A DNA stretch of 64,000 bases from Rhizodiscina lignyota (Eukaryota): contig ML978125.1 of NCBI GenBank assembly GCA_010015805.1, positions 992,001-1,056,000 on the forward strand, given 5' to 3'. Under the pieces are notes generated by a model, which worked only from the letters and a program-made list of their open reading frames with translations, was not told the DNA's origin and ran no database searches. Positions 51,456 through 64,000 of the stretch are shown here, in pieces (position 1 is the first letter of the stretch; each line of letters opens with the position of its first letter). The position numbers and the translations under genes are program-made.

Positions 51456-53291
51456 TTAAATGCCCGTGTCTTTCTTTTCGGTTTCGGGAATTCTAGACTC
51501 GGCATCGGGAACTTTGTTCTTTGCAACATAGCCCTGCTCGGTCTCAAGCGCGCGATCCAACGGCAGTCCCTTGGTCCCAAGACTGGCTACCAGTGCTACT
51601 GCTGCAAGAGCGCAGGAGACGATCCAAACAATTCGCAAGGCATAGACGTAGCTTTCCAGCAGTTGAGACTTCTCTTCACCGGCAGGCATGGCCTTGATGA
51701 GCTCGACCAGGCTACTCGCATCTTGGGCATATTCGTGGGCGTGTGACTTGAGAAGCGGATACGTCTCAAGCTTCCGCTTCATTGAGTTTTGGAAAATGAC
51801 TCCGCCAATAGCGACACCAACTGTTTGTCCGAATGCTCGAAGGAAGGCGAACATGTTAACAGCGTACGCTTGGTCCTCGTTCTTGCTAGATGCTTGGATC
51901 GCCAGTGCCATAGCCGAGAACAGTATACCAGTGCCAAATCCAGGGACTAGGTTGATAAAAATCCAGGCCGGGGTGCTGGTGTCAACCTTGATATACGTCA
52001 TGATTCCGAAACCGAAAGTGGTGAGGAACCAGCCACTCCAGATTCCCCATCGATACCGTCCCGTGTATGCAATAATGAACCCGGCTGCCATTGCAGCTGG
52101 CGCGACGGTGAATGTCTGGGGGAATAGAGCTACTCCGGTCAAGATCGGGTTAAACCCTTTCACGGCTTCGAAATACAGCGGCAGATAATACAGTGTACAC
52201 CAAAGGACGAGACCATCTGAGATACATTAGTGCCATTCAAGCAGCCAAATATGGAGGACACTTACGGATGAAAGTTTCAAAGTAAGTAACCGCAGCTGTA
52301 CGGTTCTTGAAGACCACCGTTCGAATAAGTGGCTCTGCCGGTACATACTCTTCGTATATGATGAACGCCACGAGGCCGGCACCGCAGAGTATGAGTGGGA
52401 GCAATGTTCGCCAAAATGTCCATGAGTACATGATTCCTCCCCAGGATAGTGGGACCAGAAATCCAGTCGTCGCTGCAACGAACACAACAGCCCCGATCCA
52501 GTCGACACGACGCAGTTTAGTCAGGAATGAGCCAGGAATAAAGTTCAGTTTCAGGAAGAAGATGAACATGAAAGTGGCGACTCCAATGAAGGGGAGATTG
52601 ATCCAGAAGATCCAACGCCAGGTCACGTTTTGGGAGAAACCGCCGCCAAGGAGAGGGCCAATAACTGTTCCGAGCGACCACATGGATGAAACCATACCCA
52701 TCCATTTTCCTCGCTCACGGAGAGGAACAAGATCCGTGACAACAATCTCAGTCAACGAAATGACTCCACCACCACCGATACCTTGGATCGTTCGCCCAAC
52801 GAGGATGACGGTAAAGTTGTTGGCAAGTGCTGCCACAATTGCGCCAGCGCCAAAGAATACTAGGCTGACATAAATCATGGGCTTCCTGCCAAATATGTGG
52901 GAGAATGCTCCAATAGGTGGCTGAAAGACGGTGCTGGTGAGGAGAAAGGAGGTTCCTGCCCAGAATGCTTCGATTGCAGTGCCGTTCAGGACACGCGCCA
53001 TTTTCTATCATGTCTTTAGTTCATTGTTCCCAGGAAGATATCCACAAGACTTACGGCCAAGGCTACAGAGAGAGATGTGGCATCCAATGCGGCCATCAAT
53101 GTGATGACAGAGAGGGAGCTGAAAGCAACGACAAATCTCCAGTCTGGATTGAATTCCTCGGACACTGATGAATTCTCGGAGGACTTTTCGGATGGTTCCG
53201 CTGATGGTGAGGGAGGCTCGACTGCGTTGTTGGCGGTATCACTGGTTGTTGACGCCCCATCCAGTGGCGTCTGTAATGGAGGAGACGACAT
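51456..53291 (-). CDS. MFS drug:H+ antiporter (14-TM type; 3 exons)
   Basis: LMAALDATSLSVAL, FSHIFGRKP, GRTIQGIGGGG, DLVPLRERG, GPLLGG, WRWIFWINLP, DWIG. Confidence 0.92.
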
Positions 53292-54466
53292 GATTGGTTA
53301 TAAGTAACAATAGATTGACTTGTCCGTGAACGGAATGCTGCTAGGTAAGTGTTCGATATCAATGTAATCACTGTGCTTGGATTCATGGCTTGCAAACTTG
53401 TCATTTCAGACATATATACCAAATCAATTCTATGATTAGTTTATGGAGGCAGCAGACAATGACTCTACAATCGTACGAAATTACGCGGCCTATACTCCTG
53501 CCGTCGTATGGAAGCGAGCCCGTTGGAGAGTTCCCCCTTTGAATGCGAGCCATCGGCCGTAATAACGAACTGTGTCCGTCTCAAATTTCAAAAGAATGCA
53601 GTTTAATTATCGGCAAGAGGTCGGCGTTAGGCATATGTACACAGAATTACTCCTAGCTTGCATTTCGTGATTGTGATCTGGGCCTTAGTGAACGGATTCG
53701 GGAGGTTGTCGTGCGAAGAGACGATATGAAAATGGGGTTTGACCGACGGCGCAATGTCCGCCCGACTCTCGCTCAAGCCAGTCCACACTAACAGGTGACC
53801 ATCAGGAGGCTCAACTACTCAATGTTTAATCCAACCATCCACTTACAAATGCTCATGTTTCTCCCCGAGCTCTCGCACGGGACAGAGCTACTCCACATGC
53901 CGGCGATAGCAGCGTCGAGCTGAACGGTTGTATCCGGAGCACACTACGACTTAACAGCCGAGAACTGTCAGGATAGTATCAGACTCTCGGGCACGAAATC
54001 CTGGTGTTCGGATACTAGTGCTACTGGATCCAGAAACGAAAGTCACATGCTTGCTTGGCCTTGCGAGTTTGAATCATCAGACTGAGAATTTGTTGAAAGG
54101 AAAGGCAGAATGCTCCTTTCTTTACACTGTCCCATCGCAGCTATGGATATACGATAGCGTTCCAGTTGCCAGGTACAATTGCTAACATGATTGCTTCATT
54201 TATTCCTGCCTGTTATTGCGAGACTTTAATGCTATACACCGTGGAGATGTGGTTTCACAAGATCTGGCATCTTCATAGCCGGATTGGGGAACTGAGCCGC
54301 TTCTTTGTTCAAAGAATCATCTCTACGTCAAACGACTAGCTCAGAGCTCAGCTACATTCCAGAATGCTCTCTTTGTTCTCCGAACTTATTCCCTTGCATC
54401 GCTCACAGGCGAAGATGATTCTCCAAGTCTCTACTGTTTCTACTCGGGAGCAATTGCTCGAAAATT

Positions 54467-56786
54467 ATGAGTGCTTCTACCTACAAGCATTTACGGCCTC
54501 CTCCGGCCAAAGTCCCGCCGCCCTTGAACCAAGCCTCCCGCATAGAGAAGCCAGTAACATCATTCCAATCCTTCATAAAGAAGGCGGCCCCAAAGCCATC
54601 TGCCTCACCGGCGGCTAAAGAGTTACCCCTTACGCCGACGGCACCAACCGATCCTAAATCCCCACTGTCACAATTAGAAGCAGAGCCTCTCTCCCGAATA
54701 CGAGCGCAGTTACGGGCGTCAAGCATATACAGCCGATCCACCACAGGTACATGGGAGCCCCCCGATTGGTGGCGCTTCGGTGAGGATGATAGTAATGAGC
54801 AAGACGTCGACTTCATTTTACCACCTACTGTCTATCACGAGGAGGCTCAGCGAAGGTTGGAAAGCAAGTCTCCTTTACCATTTGAGGAACCAGTAACACC
54901 AAGGACATACTCACCTCTCATTCCGGAACCTTCACCGTCTCCGGAGCCATCTTCTGAGCCCTCGACTGCACCATCACTAGGACGGCCAGAAGCTCAAAGC
55001 CTCGAAAGTCATACTTCATCCCGGTTGTCCATTCCAGAAGATTATGAGCGAGAATGGGCTCCTCTTCCACCAACGCCGCCGTCTCCGCCAGCCTTCACAT
55101 ACCCTATACAAACACCTCCCCGAGATAACGCTGAAGTGCTGTGTTCGTTGGATCCAGATCCAAATTTTGGCCCACCTCCTTCGACGCCGCCCCTGTTGTC
55201 ACCGTCCGCATTGAGTCCTAGCCCTCCCCCAGAGTCGTTGGCATCTCCCACCACCTTTAATTTCACTCCAGATGATCAAGGACTGGAAGCATATCAGACT
55301 TTCAATGAGTCGAAATGGCCCCTTCGATCCCCGCAGCCTCCTGAGCCAGGGCCTCGCGGCCGCACTGTCGAGCGGAAGCTTCCTCCAGACCTGCACGATC
55401 GTAACTATGTCAGAACTTCCGGTGAACAGGCCCACGATGGTGAGCTGGGACATAGGCTCGAGCCAATATCGGAGGACCTCACGCCTGCTGTCGAAGAATC
55501 ACCAACCATTCTCAGGCGTAAACAAGACAGTCCCGACGCACACGAACTCCTCGAACAGCGTCGCGCGAAGACGCTCAGCGAAGCCTACCACATGCTGTTG
55601 ATTGAGCAGTATCAAGATTTGGCAGCCGAGGGCCGGGCATGGGAAGCGCTCAGTGAGCATACGGCATCAGTGCTAACCGATGATGAGGATGGTAGAGAAA
55701 TAAAGATGGTACCACAGCCGCTCTTCTTTCGTCATGCTTCTGTCCGACATCAGCAACACGATGACGGTGGATACCATCGCTTCGAAGACCTCCGACCGGA
55801 AGACAAGGGTAAGGGTAAAGGGTTGCTGAGCCCGTCAGCTTTCAAGAAGATGCTACCCTTGCTCCCTTCGAAGTTATCGAGGCGGCACGACTCTGCTACA
55901 AGCGGAGAGATACCTATATCACCACCGTTCGAGGAAGATGAAGGTATGGACATGAACAGTAGAGGAAGACCGAGAAATGGCAGCCTTCATAAGCATGGGA
56001 AGAAATCAGTAAGTCTTCGAAAAGTTCTTCCATTTCCCAACTCCATAGGCACCAGGAGTAGAAACTAATGATCAGTAGTGGTCAAAACAATCACCTCCCC
56101 AAGCCCAACACATCCCACCACTCCCGCTCCAGCTCCCACAGTCCGTGTCTCCAAGACCATCGTTAGAACAGCGAAGCAAGCGAGGTACGCATAGCACAGA
56201 GAGCAGCGTCGCCAGCGGTTCGAGGCGTGCGTCCCCGCACGGCCATGTGAGGCAAAATACTGAAGAATCGTATCGCCATGTTTCTCCTTCAAGCCAGTCG
56301 AGGACGAATACCGGGGAACCTTATCCACGTCCGATGCACCGTGCACCACATATGGAAAACCCACAAGCAGCACCACAGCGCGAATTACCACCGTTGCCTG
56401 CCCACAAGTCACACATATCATTTTCGCAACCGCAGCCGCAGCCGCAAACGCCGAAATTGAGGCATTCCAAGAGTTACAAGAGGTTTGACGACGAAGTGTC
56501 CGTCGGATCGAAGGATACTTCGTGGTCCTTCTTGCAGAGAAGTGCAAGCCAGCGTAGCGGTGGTGAGAAAGATCGCCATGGGGCGTCTGCACTGTTTACT
56601 AAGGCATGGGAATCGAGGAGTGGGAAGGCAAAGCAGAGGGCGCATGAGAAAAAGAAGGATAATTTGAAGAAGAGCATTCATCTGGTCGGACAAGTTGATC
56701 CACGTTATGTCGAGACCGTGGATGATACTACACGGAGACTTGCATACCGCACGCGGAAGGATACGTTTGGCCAAGGCTGGACGTAA
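54467..56786 (+). CDS. Pro/Ser-rich disordered hypothetical protein (intron 56009-56078)
   Basis: ORFs 54467-56068 and 56145-56786 are joined in frame by a GTAAGT..CTAAT..TAG phase-0 intron. Confidence 0.75.
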
Positions 56787-56987
56787 TTGAGACATGGCAA
56801 AATGAGTATGAAGAATGAAATTCATACCTCTCGCGCTTACCTGCGGCGCGACCGATCATAAAATAAGTATTGAATCGTTGCATGAGGTATCAAGCCTCCG
56901 TAATCCCAACTCCTCGCTGAATGCAATCATATCTTCGTCTTAACACCCAGCGCCCCCATCATCGTGAACCGAAGTTTCCAGGGAAAG

Positions 56988-57535
56988 CTATGCCGGCTGC
57001 TGCTTCTCCTTCACTTCTATCGCCTCCGCCTCCACAACCTCCAACTCATCCGCGGCCGGCTCTTGAGGTAAATCTACTACAACCGCTGGATCCTGACTCC
57101 GCTCTTTCAGTAGCGCCGCTCGCTTCTACGCCACCACATTATCAGCTTTCGCTCAAGTCTCTGAAATCACCAAATAAAACTCACCTCCCGCTCCTTCAAC
57201 CCCACACCCACCTCCCCACTAAGCTCACTATACACCTCCTGGTCATGATCTGGGCTCACGCCGTTCTTCTTGCCCATGCTATTCGCACTCTGCGGGGTTG
57301 TAGCTGAAGTGTCTGCGCTCCTGGGACCGCCGCTGATGGGCCAGCTATATTGCTTCGCGACAGGCGAGACGGGTGTGCTGTCGAGCTCGATAGGCGCGGC
57401 GTTGATGGCGGGAGTGGAGGTGTCGATGAAGGGGTGGAGCGGTGCGGCAGAGCTGGTGTGGTGCGCGAAGCTGTGCGCGGGCTTGATGGGGGAGGGTTGG
57501 ATGGGGGAAGGACCGTTCTGACTGGAGGAGGACAT
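56988..57535 (-). CDS. Small hypothetical protein (2 exons)
   Basis: MSSSSQNGPSPIQPSP..AAPIELDSTP..LKERE, GTGAGT..CTGAT..TAG intron, then KRAALLKERSQDPAVVVDLPQEP..QQPA*. Confidence 0.7.
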
Positions 57536-58782
57536 TATGAGGATTTGAGAAACGGTGGAACTCTGAGACAAGTTATACGAGAAGAGAGAGCACAGCAGAG
57601 TGCGGAAGAGAGGCTGAAGCGGCGGCCGCGATGGGTAGACGCGGAATGGCTGAGCAGGAGGGTGTGACTAGCTGAGGTATACAATCGGTTGTAGACAAGC
57701 GATTGGGCACGTCTTTGATTGTGCTTTGCTTGTGATACTGCAGAGTTTGCTTGTCGGAAGGTTTCAGGCTTTAAGCTGTAGTGCAGTGCAACGGAGAGAA
57801 ACAGTGAATACGATGTGACGATGAGGTCGACAACTGGAGATGCGGGGCCTAATAAAGTACATATGCGAGTCAGGAGGGAGCGAATGACGATCAACGTTTA
57901 AAAGAGCCTGCCTTCATGCAGGGTCGCCTTTTCTAGAAGCTTTTACCCGTTTCCGACGCTCATTTCAAAGACGGTTCATGCTGGACCTTGGTTTGAACCT
58001 GGCCCCTATCGTTGTTCCAGGTCAATGACGTGCTGTGTGGATATGAAGTCACGGACATGCTGGGCAAAGACACGAGCTCGCATGCAAGTCAGCAGCGCGT
58101 CCCGTAATTATCATTGGCCTTCTCCAGATTACTTGCAGCTGCAACTGTACGTAGTATGAACCGAGTAGCCGCTCCAAAACCACACAGGAATTTGAGGATA
58201 CCTAGGGAAGGACATAGGTTCAAGAGTGATTAAGGGTTGGCCACAGCTTTCAAGGTATTGAACAGCTGGGATGTGCAGCCTCTGGAGCGAACAAAGTGGA
58301 TATATATGTATATATATATTTTAACGGTTTGATAGTGTATGCACTCCAAGGAACGTGGAACCAAGCTTTCAGAGATGGTCTCGCTTCCCTTGAAGTGCCA
58401 CAGCCGCTCGCCCTTCCGTGTTACAGCCTGCCGAGAGGCTAATAACTGTTTCGTCACCTTTGAAATTCTCACATCTTTTGACTTCTAAGCATAAACGACG
58501 ATAAAATTGAATGGAGTCCAACGTTGTTGGTATCTACCAGGCCACTGTTCGCTACCCATATTCAGAGGCCGGCTGCAATATATACAGAATCAAGAAATCA
58601 AAACGCCCATTCCCCATCTACAATTTTACACATGCTGTGGCTTGAGGTATCCAGTATGCTTCATCATCAGCAAAAAGGCATCGCCGCAAATATCGAAAAC
58701 CCAAAAGATTGCCAACCAAATGACAATGCCGGAGCATACTCCGTAGTGAACATGTTGAAATCCGAATCCAAAGTCATATTAG

Positions 58783-60302
58783 CTAACTGTCCTTCTTCTT
58801 GGCCTCTTCCTCCCTCCTCTGATTCGCCTCCCTCCGCCTCTTCATGTAATCGCCGATCCAATCTTTAAACCTATCCCACCTCGAGCGATTGAGCCTATTG
58901 CTCAGTTGGCGATAATTGTACATCTCGCCCCAGCAATCTCTTCCCCACTCACATCCCGCCATATTTACGAGGAAATCGCGGTCTTTCTCCGAATAATGAA
59001 TTTTTGGATCATCGCCATTGTCGCCGCAAGCACCAGGAGGGAAACTGTTCACTCTTCGCTGCGGGACGAATGCCACGTGCGGCCGCACCCATGGCTGATT
59101 TCGGTACATGTATTCCAGAGCATCTTGCTCTTTGTGCTCCCATTCCATATGCTTCTGCTCGTATCCAACTGGATCCCACCAGATATCCAGCAAGCGGTCG
59201 GTCCAGATGCTGCGGCGTACGAAAAAGGATCCCAGGTTGAATCCGCCACAGTCTTGGGGGACGATGAGATTTATGGAGTCGGGCTTCCCGTCGCCTTCAG
59301 GAGCACGGGTATCAGGGTCGAGGTAGGATGCGTTGAGGGGATGTTCGACTTTGAGAGGATTGTAGACGTTGATGTCACGGTAGACATTGTCTTTGAGGTG
59401 GTTGAAAACGTGTGATTGGAGGGAGTACGAGGGTTCCATGATGAAAGTATTGAGGTCTAGCCACCAAAACCTGTCTTCTGTCAATGCACAGCTACGTGAA
59501 CGGAGGTATTGATACTCACCATTGAGCATGGGGATATTTCCGCATCGTATTGCGGATTGTGTCGACTTTCTCCCAGCTCTCTCTCCATTCGTGGGCATAT
59601 CGCTTCTTCGTGCTCATATCGACTATTTCCAGCTCGTAGCCCCATCTCTTGGCATAAGCCTTCTTGTTCTTGACGCTGTCTCGCTCAATGGCCCATTCTC
59701 GAGGTCCTTTCCATTCCATGACACCTCCTCCTACGTTTGCTGCCAGTATTATGACGTACTTGCTTCCGCCTCCAAGCCATGCGGTTCTTCGGTAATGTTG
59801 ATGTAGGGCTGAACAAAGTTAGCTTCTTGCCTCTGTCTAAGAGTGTGGCCTTGGACATACGCGTAACGTAGAAGAGGATGGTGAATAGGATGATTGAGAT
59901 GACGAGGATAAACCGCAATCTCATTCTCCAGATGGTACGGCCCACCATTCGTGCAAGGTCTGCCGCTCTCGAACCACCACCTGGAGGCCACCGCCCTCTC
60001 CCCAGCTTTTCCTTCTCTGCATAGCTGCTTTGCCTGAAAAGAGGGAGGTTTGATAAACCGGACGAAACTCTCCTGGCATGCTTCCCTATCCAGCTGCTGG
60101 TATTTCTCGTCGAAAATGCTGGGTATCCTCTAACCTCAGCGCTTCTCGCCTGTGCTGACGCCCAAGTGACATTGCTCGGACTCCCATTCGCGTAATTCCT
60201 CATGGGACTTGCTCTCCGGCTGGAACTATTGTATGGTGTTGTCAAGCCGGGGCTTGACCATCCTCCTCCGCGCTGCGGTGAGGGTGAGCGTGAGAGAGAC
60301 AT
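58783..60302 (-). CDS. MNN10: Alpha-1,6-mannosyltransferase subunit, GT34 (GMA12/MNN10 family; 3 exons)
   Basis: MSLSRSPSP, type II TM, GGVMEWKGPREWAIERDSVKNKKAYAKRWGY, YAHEWRESWEKVD, FWWLDL, QDCGGFNLGSF, WEHKEQDALE, NMAGCEWGRDCW. Confidence 0.9.
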
Positions 60303-61452
60303 GTTTTCTGTGGTTTCGCCAGGTGTTGGCGGCACCGCAGGTAGCGGTTGGGCGAACCGCCTGGCGGGTTGTCCGGAGGGGGCTTCGAACGTGGACGATG
60401 AACTGGAGTGTAATTTAAGGTCTTGCAGGGCATTCGCGGTCGATGAGCGCCGGCGGCGGTGCGAGGACGACGCGGCGGGTGAAGGTTGAGAAGCCACGTT
60501 GACCGACGCCTGTTGCTGCTCAATTTGCGATGGAAAGAGGAGTCGTGCCGACACAGATGAAGGCTGCGACGCGAGCGCGCCTGCCAGAGGAAAATGTTCT
60601 GGCGACGTTTGTTCTCCGCGCAGGCCAAGCGGCTGAGTGATTCGCCAGCTGACAGGGAAGGTGATGTTCTAGCTCTTTTTCGACCGCTGATTTGTATAAA
60701 GGTGTTTGTCGGCCGGGTCTGAGGCGAGATGCAGCTGTAAAGGCTAAAATCTGGTATGCGATTATCACTGAGCAGAGCTAAATCTCTATCGTCCCAGTTC
60801 TTCGAGAGAAGTGCAATTTGCCGTGAAGCCAGGAAATCGTGAGTCTTGGTAGCTCCGCAACGAGTGGACAGGCCAACCTGGTCGGATCGCAAGCAGATCA
60901 CCAACGTTAATTTCTTCGACAAGGGGAGGCAGAGGCGTGGCAGGGGCGTAGGAGGACGACAACGAGCGAAGTGTGAAGGTCTCGAGATATGATATATGTA
61001 CACGACAGGCGCTCAGGAGATGGGACCCAAGAAAATGCCACACAGCATGTGCTGCGTTGCTCAATTTCGCACAGACGCATCTTGGCGCGACAGCCGCATT
61101 GCTCGCACTAACATAAATCCCCTTTCCACTAGTCCGGTCTAGTATGTAAATGCTGCCACGGCTACGAAGCCACAAGAGCCGTTATCACTACTGTATCAAT
61201 GCGACTGTTGCTCCTCTAAATGTGCTGCTCTCGTCCTTGCGCTAATCCAACCCAGGCACCTCGTGGCCAAAGCGGGCCGGCGCATGTGGTTTCTTTGATG
61301 CCAGTCCCTTGCTTGCTGCAATTGTGGTGCCGATATGCCCCTTTCCAGAAGCGCACCCGCTAATACCTGCCTTTTGTACTACAAGGAAATGTTCCGTAGA
61401 GTCAGAGACGAGAAAGACACGATCGTTTCTTTGTCGTCTTAAGACAGACAAG

Positions 61453-63151
61453 TTATTCGTCTTCATCTTCATCCCCTCCAAATCCAAAGCTGAATCCTCC
61501 TGCCTCCTGGTCTCCCTCGTCTGGCTTCTTCACGAGCTGTTCCCACTTGCTTTTATGTTCTTTCCCTCTCCGTTCCATCACCTTGAAAGCCTCTTCTAGA
61601 AGAGAAGGATATTGCTCTCTCAACCGTTCGACGAACAACCCGTAAGGATCCTCGACATCGTCCGTGAATCCGCTCACTTGGTCAGGCGAGTCCTTCAGGA
61701 ACGCTAGAACATCGGGGAGCTTCTTCTGTGGAACAAAGTTCTGCGTGATCGCTATGCTTGCATCAAGATTCAGCACGAGATGGAACCAGCCCGAGGGTAC
61801 ATGCAGCACTTCGCCGGCATTGCAAATGCCCTCACGGCAACCTGGAGTCGATCTTGCGATCTCATGGAATGAAAGCAGGTATTCCGCGATGCTTAGTGGT
61901 GAAGTAATTTCCGATTGATCTGCTGATAGGATGACGCCTGGAGGTGGTGGTAGAGTTGGCGATGATGGAAACATGATCCAGTACTTCGATCCTGTCAGCA
62001 CCGCGTTCCACGCACTCGTCCCGTTCGGATCTTTATGGAACGTGCTTCCGCTCCGAGCTGGTCCAATGATGAGCCATTTGCTATCTGGCCGTTGTTCTCC
62101 AAGTACCGAGAAAAGGTCCTCTCCAAAACAATCCGGTGGCCAATAAATGGCATCTTCACTCGCTCTTCCTATCTTTACTTGCATCTTCTCTGCGAATCCG
62201 CGATCAAAGAGGTACAATGGACTCTCCTCGTGACTGTTTTCCAGGTAGGAGAAGTACGTTCGAAGAGGCCAGTCTACAGCTTCAGCACGAAACTTTGTCT
62301 CAGCATGATCTCGCAGCAGTGCTTCAACTGTCCAATCTCGGTACACTGGCCATTCCGTGACTGGCTTGGTGAGTATGAATGGCTTGTTGATCCACTGGTC
62401 GTGAAACTCCTCAGATGTCAAGTCGTCTAGTCTTGCAATTCTATTTTCAGTGGGAATATCCGCTGCATACTGGTTCAGGGGTGTGTATGCGCAGAAGAAG
62501 GGCCGATAAAGGGCGTCAGAAAACAGTCCTCTGCAGTCGATTCGGGTTCGGCGTTCGGGAGGAAGACCAAGGCATGTCCAGCGCCAGTTTCCACGCCATT
62601 CAAATTGCTCGGGGTGTAATCTATCCATGGGGCTTAGCAATGACTCAATGAGAATTAATGACTGGAACGGAACTCAAAGGATCTGAGGATCAATGAGACT
62701 CTTCGGGTCCAAAATGTGACAGGTATGTGAACAACAATTGACTGATCCAGAGAGCCTGAAGTAGAAGTGCCAGTGCAATGTACCCCTTATAGGGTTATAT
62801 CAGAAATACTTACTCTAGAAACGCAGCCCTCCACAGTTCCTCGGCGCTTGTGAAGGCATACAGTGCTTTACATGCTGTTCCCAGACGCAAGAGTTCTGGA
62901 ACATGTAAATATTCCAGAAACGATATCAATAGCTCGTCTGGTAGCACAGCAAACGCGCCTGCATGATCCTTGAGATTGACTGTGGAGGTGTATGCATTGC
63001 CAGAAGGCTTGACGCCCAAAGGATGCCGGGGAATCGCTGTAGAGGCTTCAAGACTCGAATTCGAAGAACTATGATTCAGCTTGGCTCGTTTACTGTCGCG
63101 CATGCCATTAGGCAGATCATGATCCCGGGTCGAAACGGCTGAGGGTGCCAT
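61453..63151 (-). CDS. F-box + JmjC domain protein (JMJD6-like; one intron about 62635-62813, acceptor uncertain)
   Basis: HPLGVKPSGN, LPDELLISFLEYL (F-box), PLYLFD, WLIIGPARSGSTFHKDPNGTSAWNAV, VPSGWFHLVLNL, AITQNFV. Confidence 0.9.
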
Positions 63152-63662
63152 TTTTGTGGTCTGGTGGGTTTGCCGCAACCGGTCAGAAAGCCCACAAACT
63201 AAGTTGCGCCCTTATGGTGGCGAGAAGCTCAGTGGCAGAGCATGTCCTGAGTCACAATAGAGATTTCAGGACCAATAGAAAGCCATGGAAGCTTAGGAAG
63301 GAATTTGAAAGAACGCGATCAGGTGTCGAGGGCGCGGCAAAAGTGAGGAGTGGTGGATGAACCCTGCGCACGGCCCACGCCACCGGTTTTAGCTCTACTA
63401 CAAAAATTTCTAGCACCACCTCTCCGCCGACCTTCTTTCATCACCCAACTGCAACCGCACCACAATTCGAAAAAGACTCCAACCAACTAGATATACATCA
63501 GACTCTCGTTTTTGGGAGTCTTGTTATCTAGTTAATTCCACAAAACCTAATTTCGGCACAGCGGCAGGATCCGTTGGATTCTTTTCCGCCCTCCGCCCAC
63601 CTCAAGGCAACCTCTCGATCGCAGCGCAGCGCCTGTGATCGTATCCACTCTTAATCGCAATC

Positions 63663-64000
63663 ATGGCTGATTCCAAAGGCCTCGAGGAGGTCCCAGAAGG
63701 TACGTTCAGAATTTTCAACATTTGGGTGCTTCACTCGATGAATTTTCAATGCGCGTTTGCACCTCTCAACATTTGTAACTAACACGCCACTTTTCAGGTC
63801 AAATCGAGTCCAACTATGATGAGACTACCGACTCCTTCGATGCGATGGACCTGAAGGCCGAACTTCTCCGTGGTGTTTACGCCTACGGTTTCGAGCGCCC
63901 GTCTGCGATTCAGCAGAGGGCTATTATGCCGGTCATCAAGGGTGAGTTCGCGCAAAAATTTTAAGCTTGGGGAACCATAGCTAATACAATCGCACAGGCC
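63663..64000 (+). CDS. TIF1: Translation initiation factor eIF4A, 5' part only (introns 63700-63797, 63942-63997)
   Basis: [61 protein letters not shown] (DEAD-box Q motif); missed by the ORF track. Confidence 0.95.

Noticed and set aside
60242..61003. 253-aa ORF and a GTG-initiated extension upstream of MNN10
   Set aside because: Overlaps the likely GC-rich 5' UTR; MSLSRSPSP at 60302 is the more plausible start
62635..62813. Long intron in the F-box/JmjC gene as a snoRNA host
   Set aside because: No terminal C/D box pair or convincing H/ACA architecture seen
1..64000. CRISPR arrays, tRNA/rRNA genes, intact transposons
   Set aside because: None seen by eye; the window is fungal nuclear DNA with no transposase, RT or repeat-spacer pattern

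Overview
Eukaryotic, intron-containing DNA from a filamentous ascomycete (Pezizomycotina; GT..AG introns of mostly 45-120 nt with CTRAC/CTAAT branch points; possibly a Dothideomycete, not determinable here). About 20 intact, mostly housekeeping genes: FAD monooxygenase, LCL3, CPA2, ATG6, an Scm3/Myb protein, cysteine synthase, a DUF185 methyltransferase, LSD1-like demethylase, dynamitin, CCCH-Smr nuclease, TVP38, PWI/SRRM1, TamA/Dal81-like TF, MFS transporter, MNN10, F-box/JmjC and eIF4A (truncated by the window end). Two gene-poor accessory islands (about 7.9-14.5 kb and 33.6-39.8 kb) interrupt them, and each carries a DUF6594-like membrane-protein gene. The most unusual signals are: (1) CPA2 intron 2, which is 310 nt, can only be removed cleanly at a non-canonical GG acceptor and contains competing stems; (2) a decaying DUF6594 + retropepsin-like protease gene neighbourhood; (3) a roughly 190-300 nt foldback element at 13.5-13.8 kb; (4) a spliced 73-aa microprotein missing from the ORF track. 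All family assignments come from motif recognition by eye, not from database searches.
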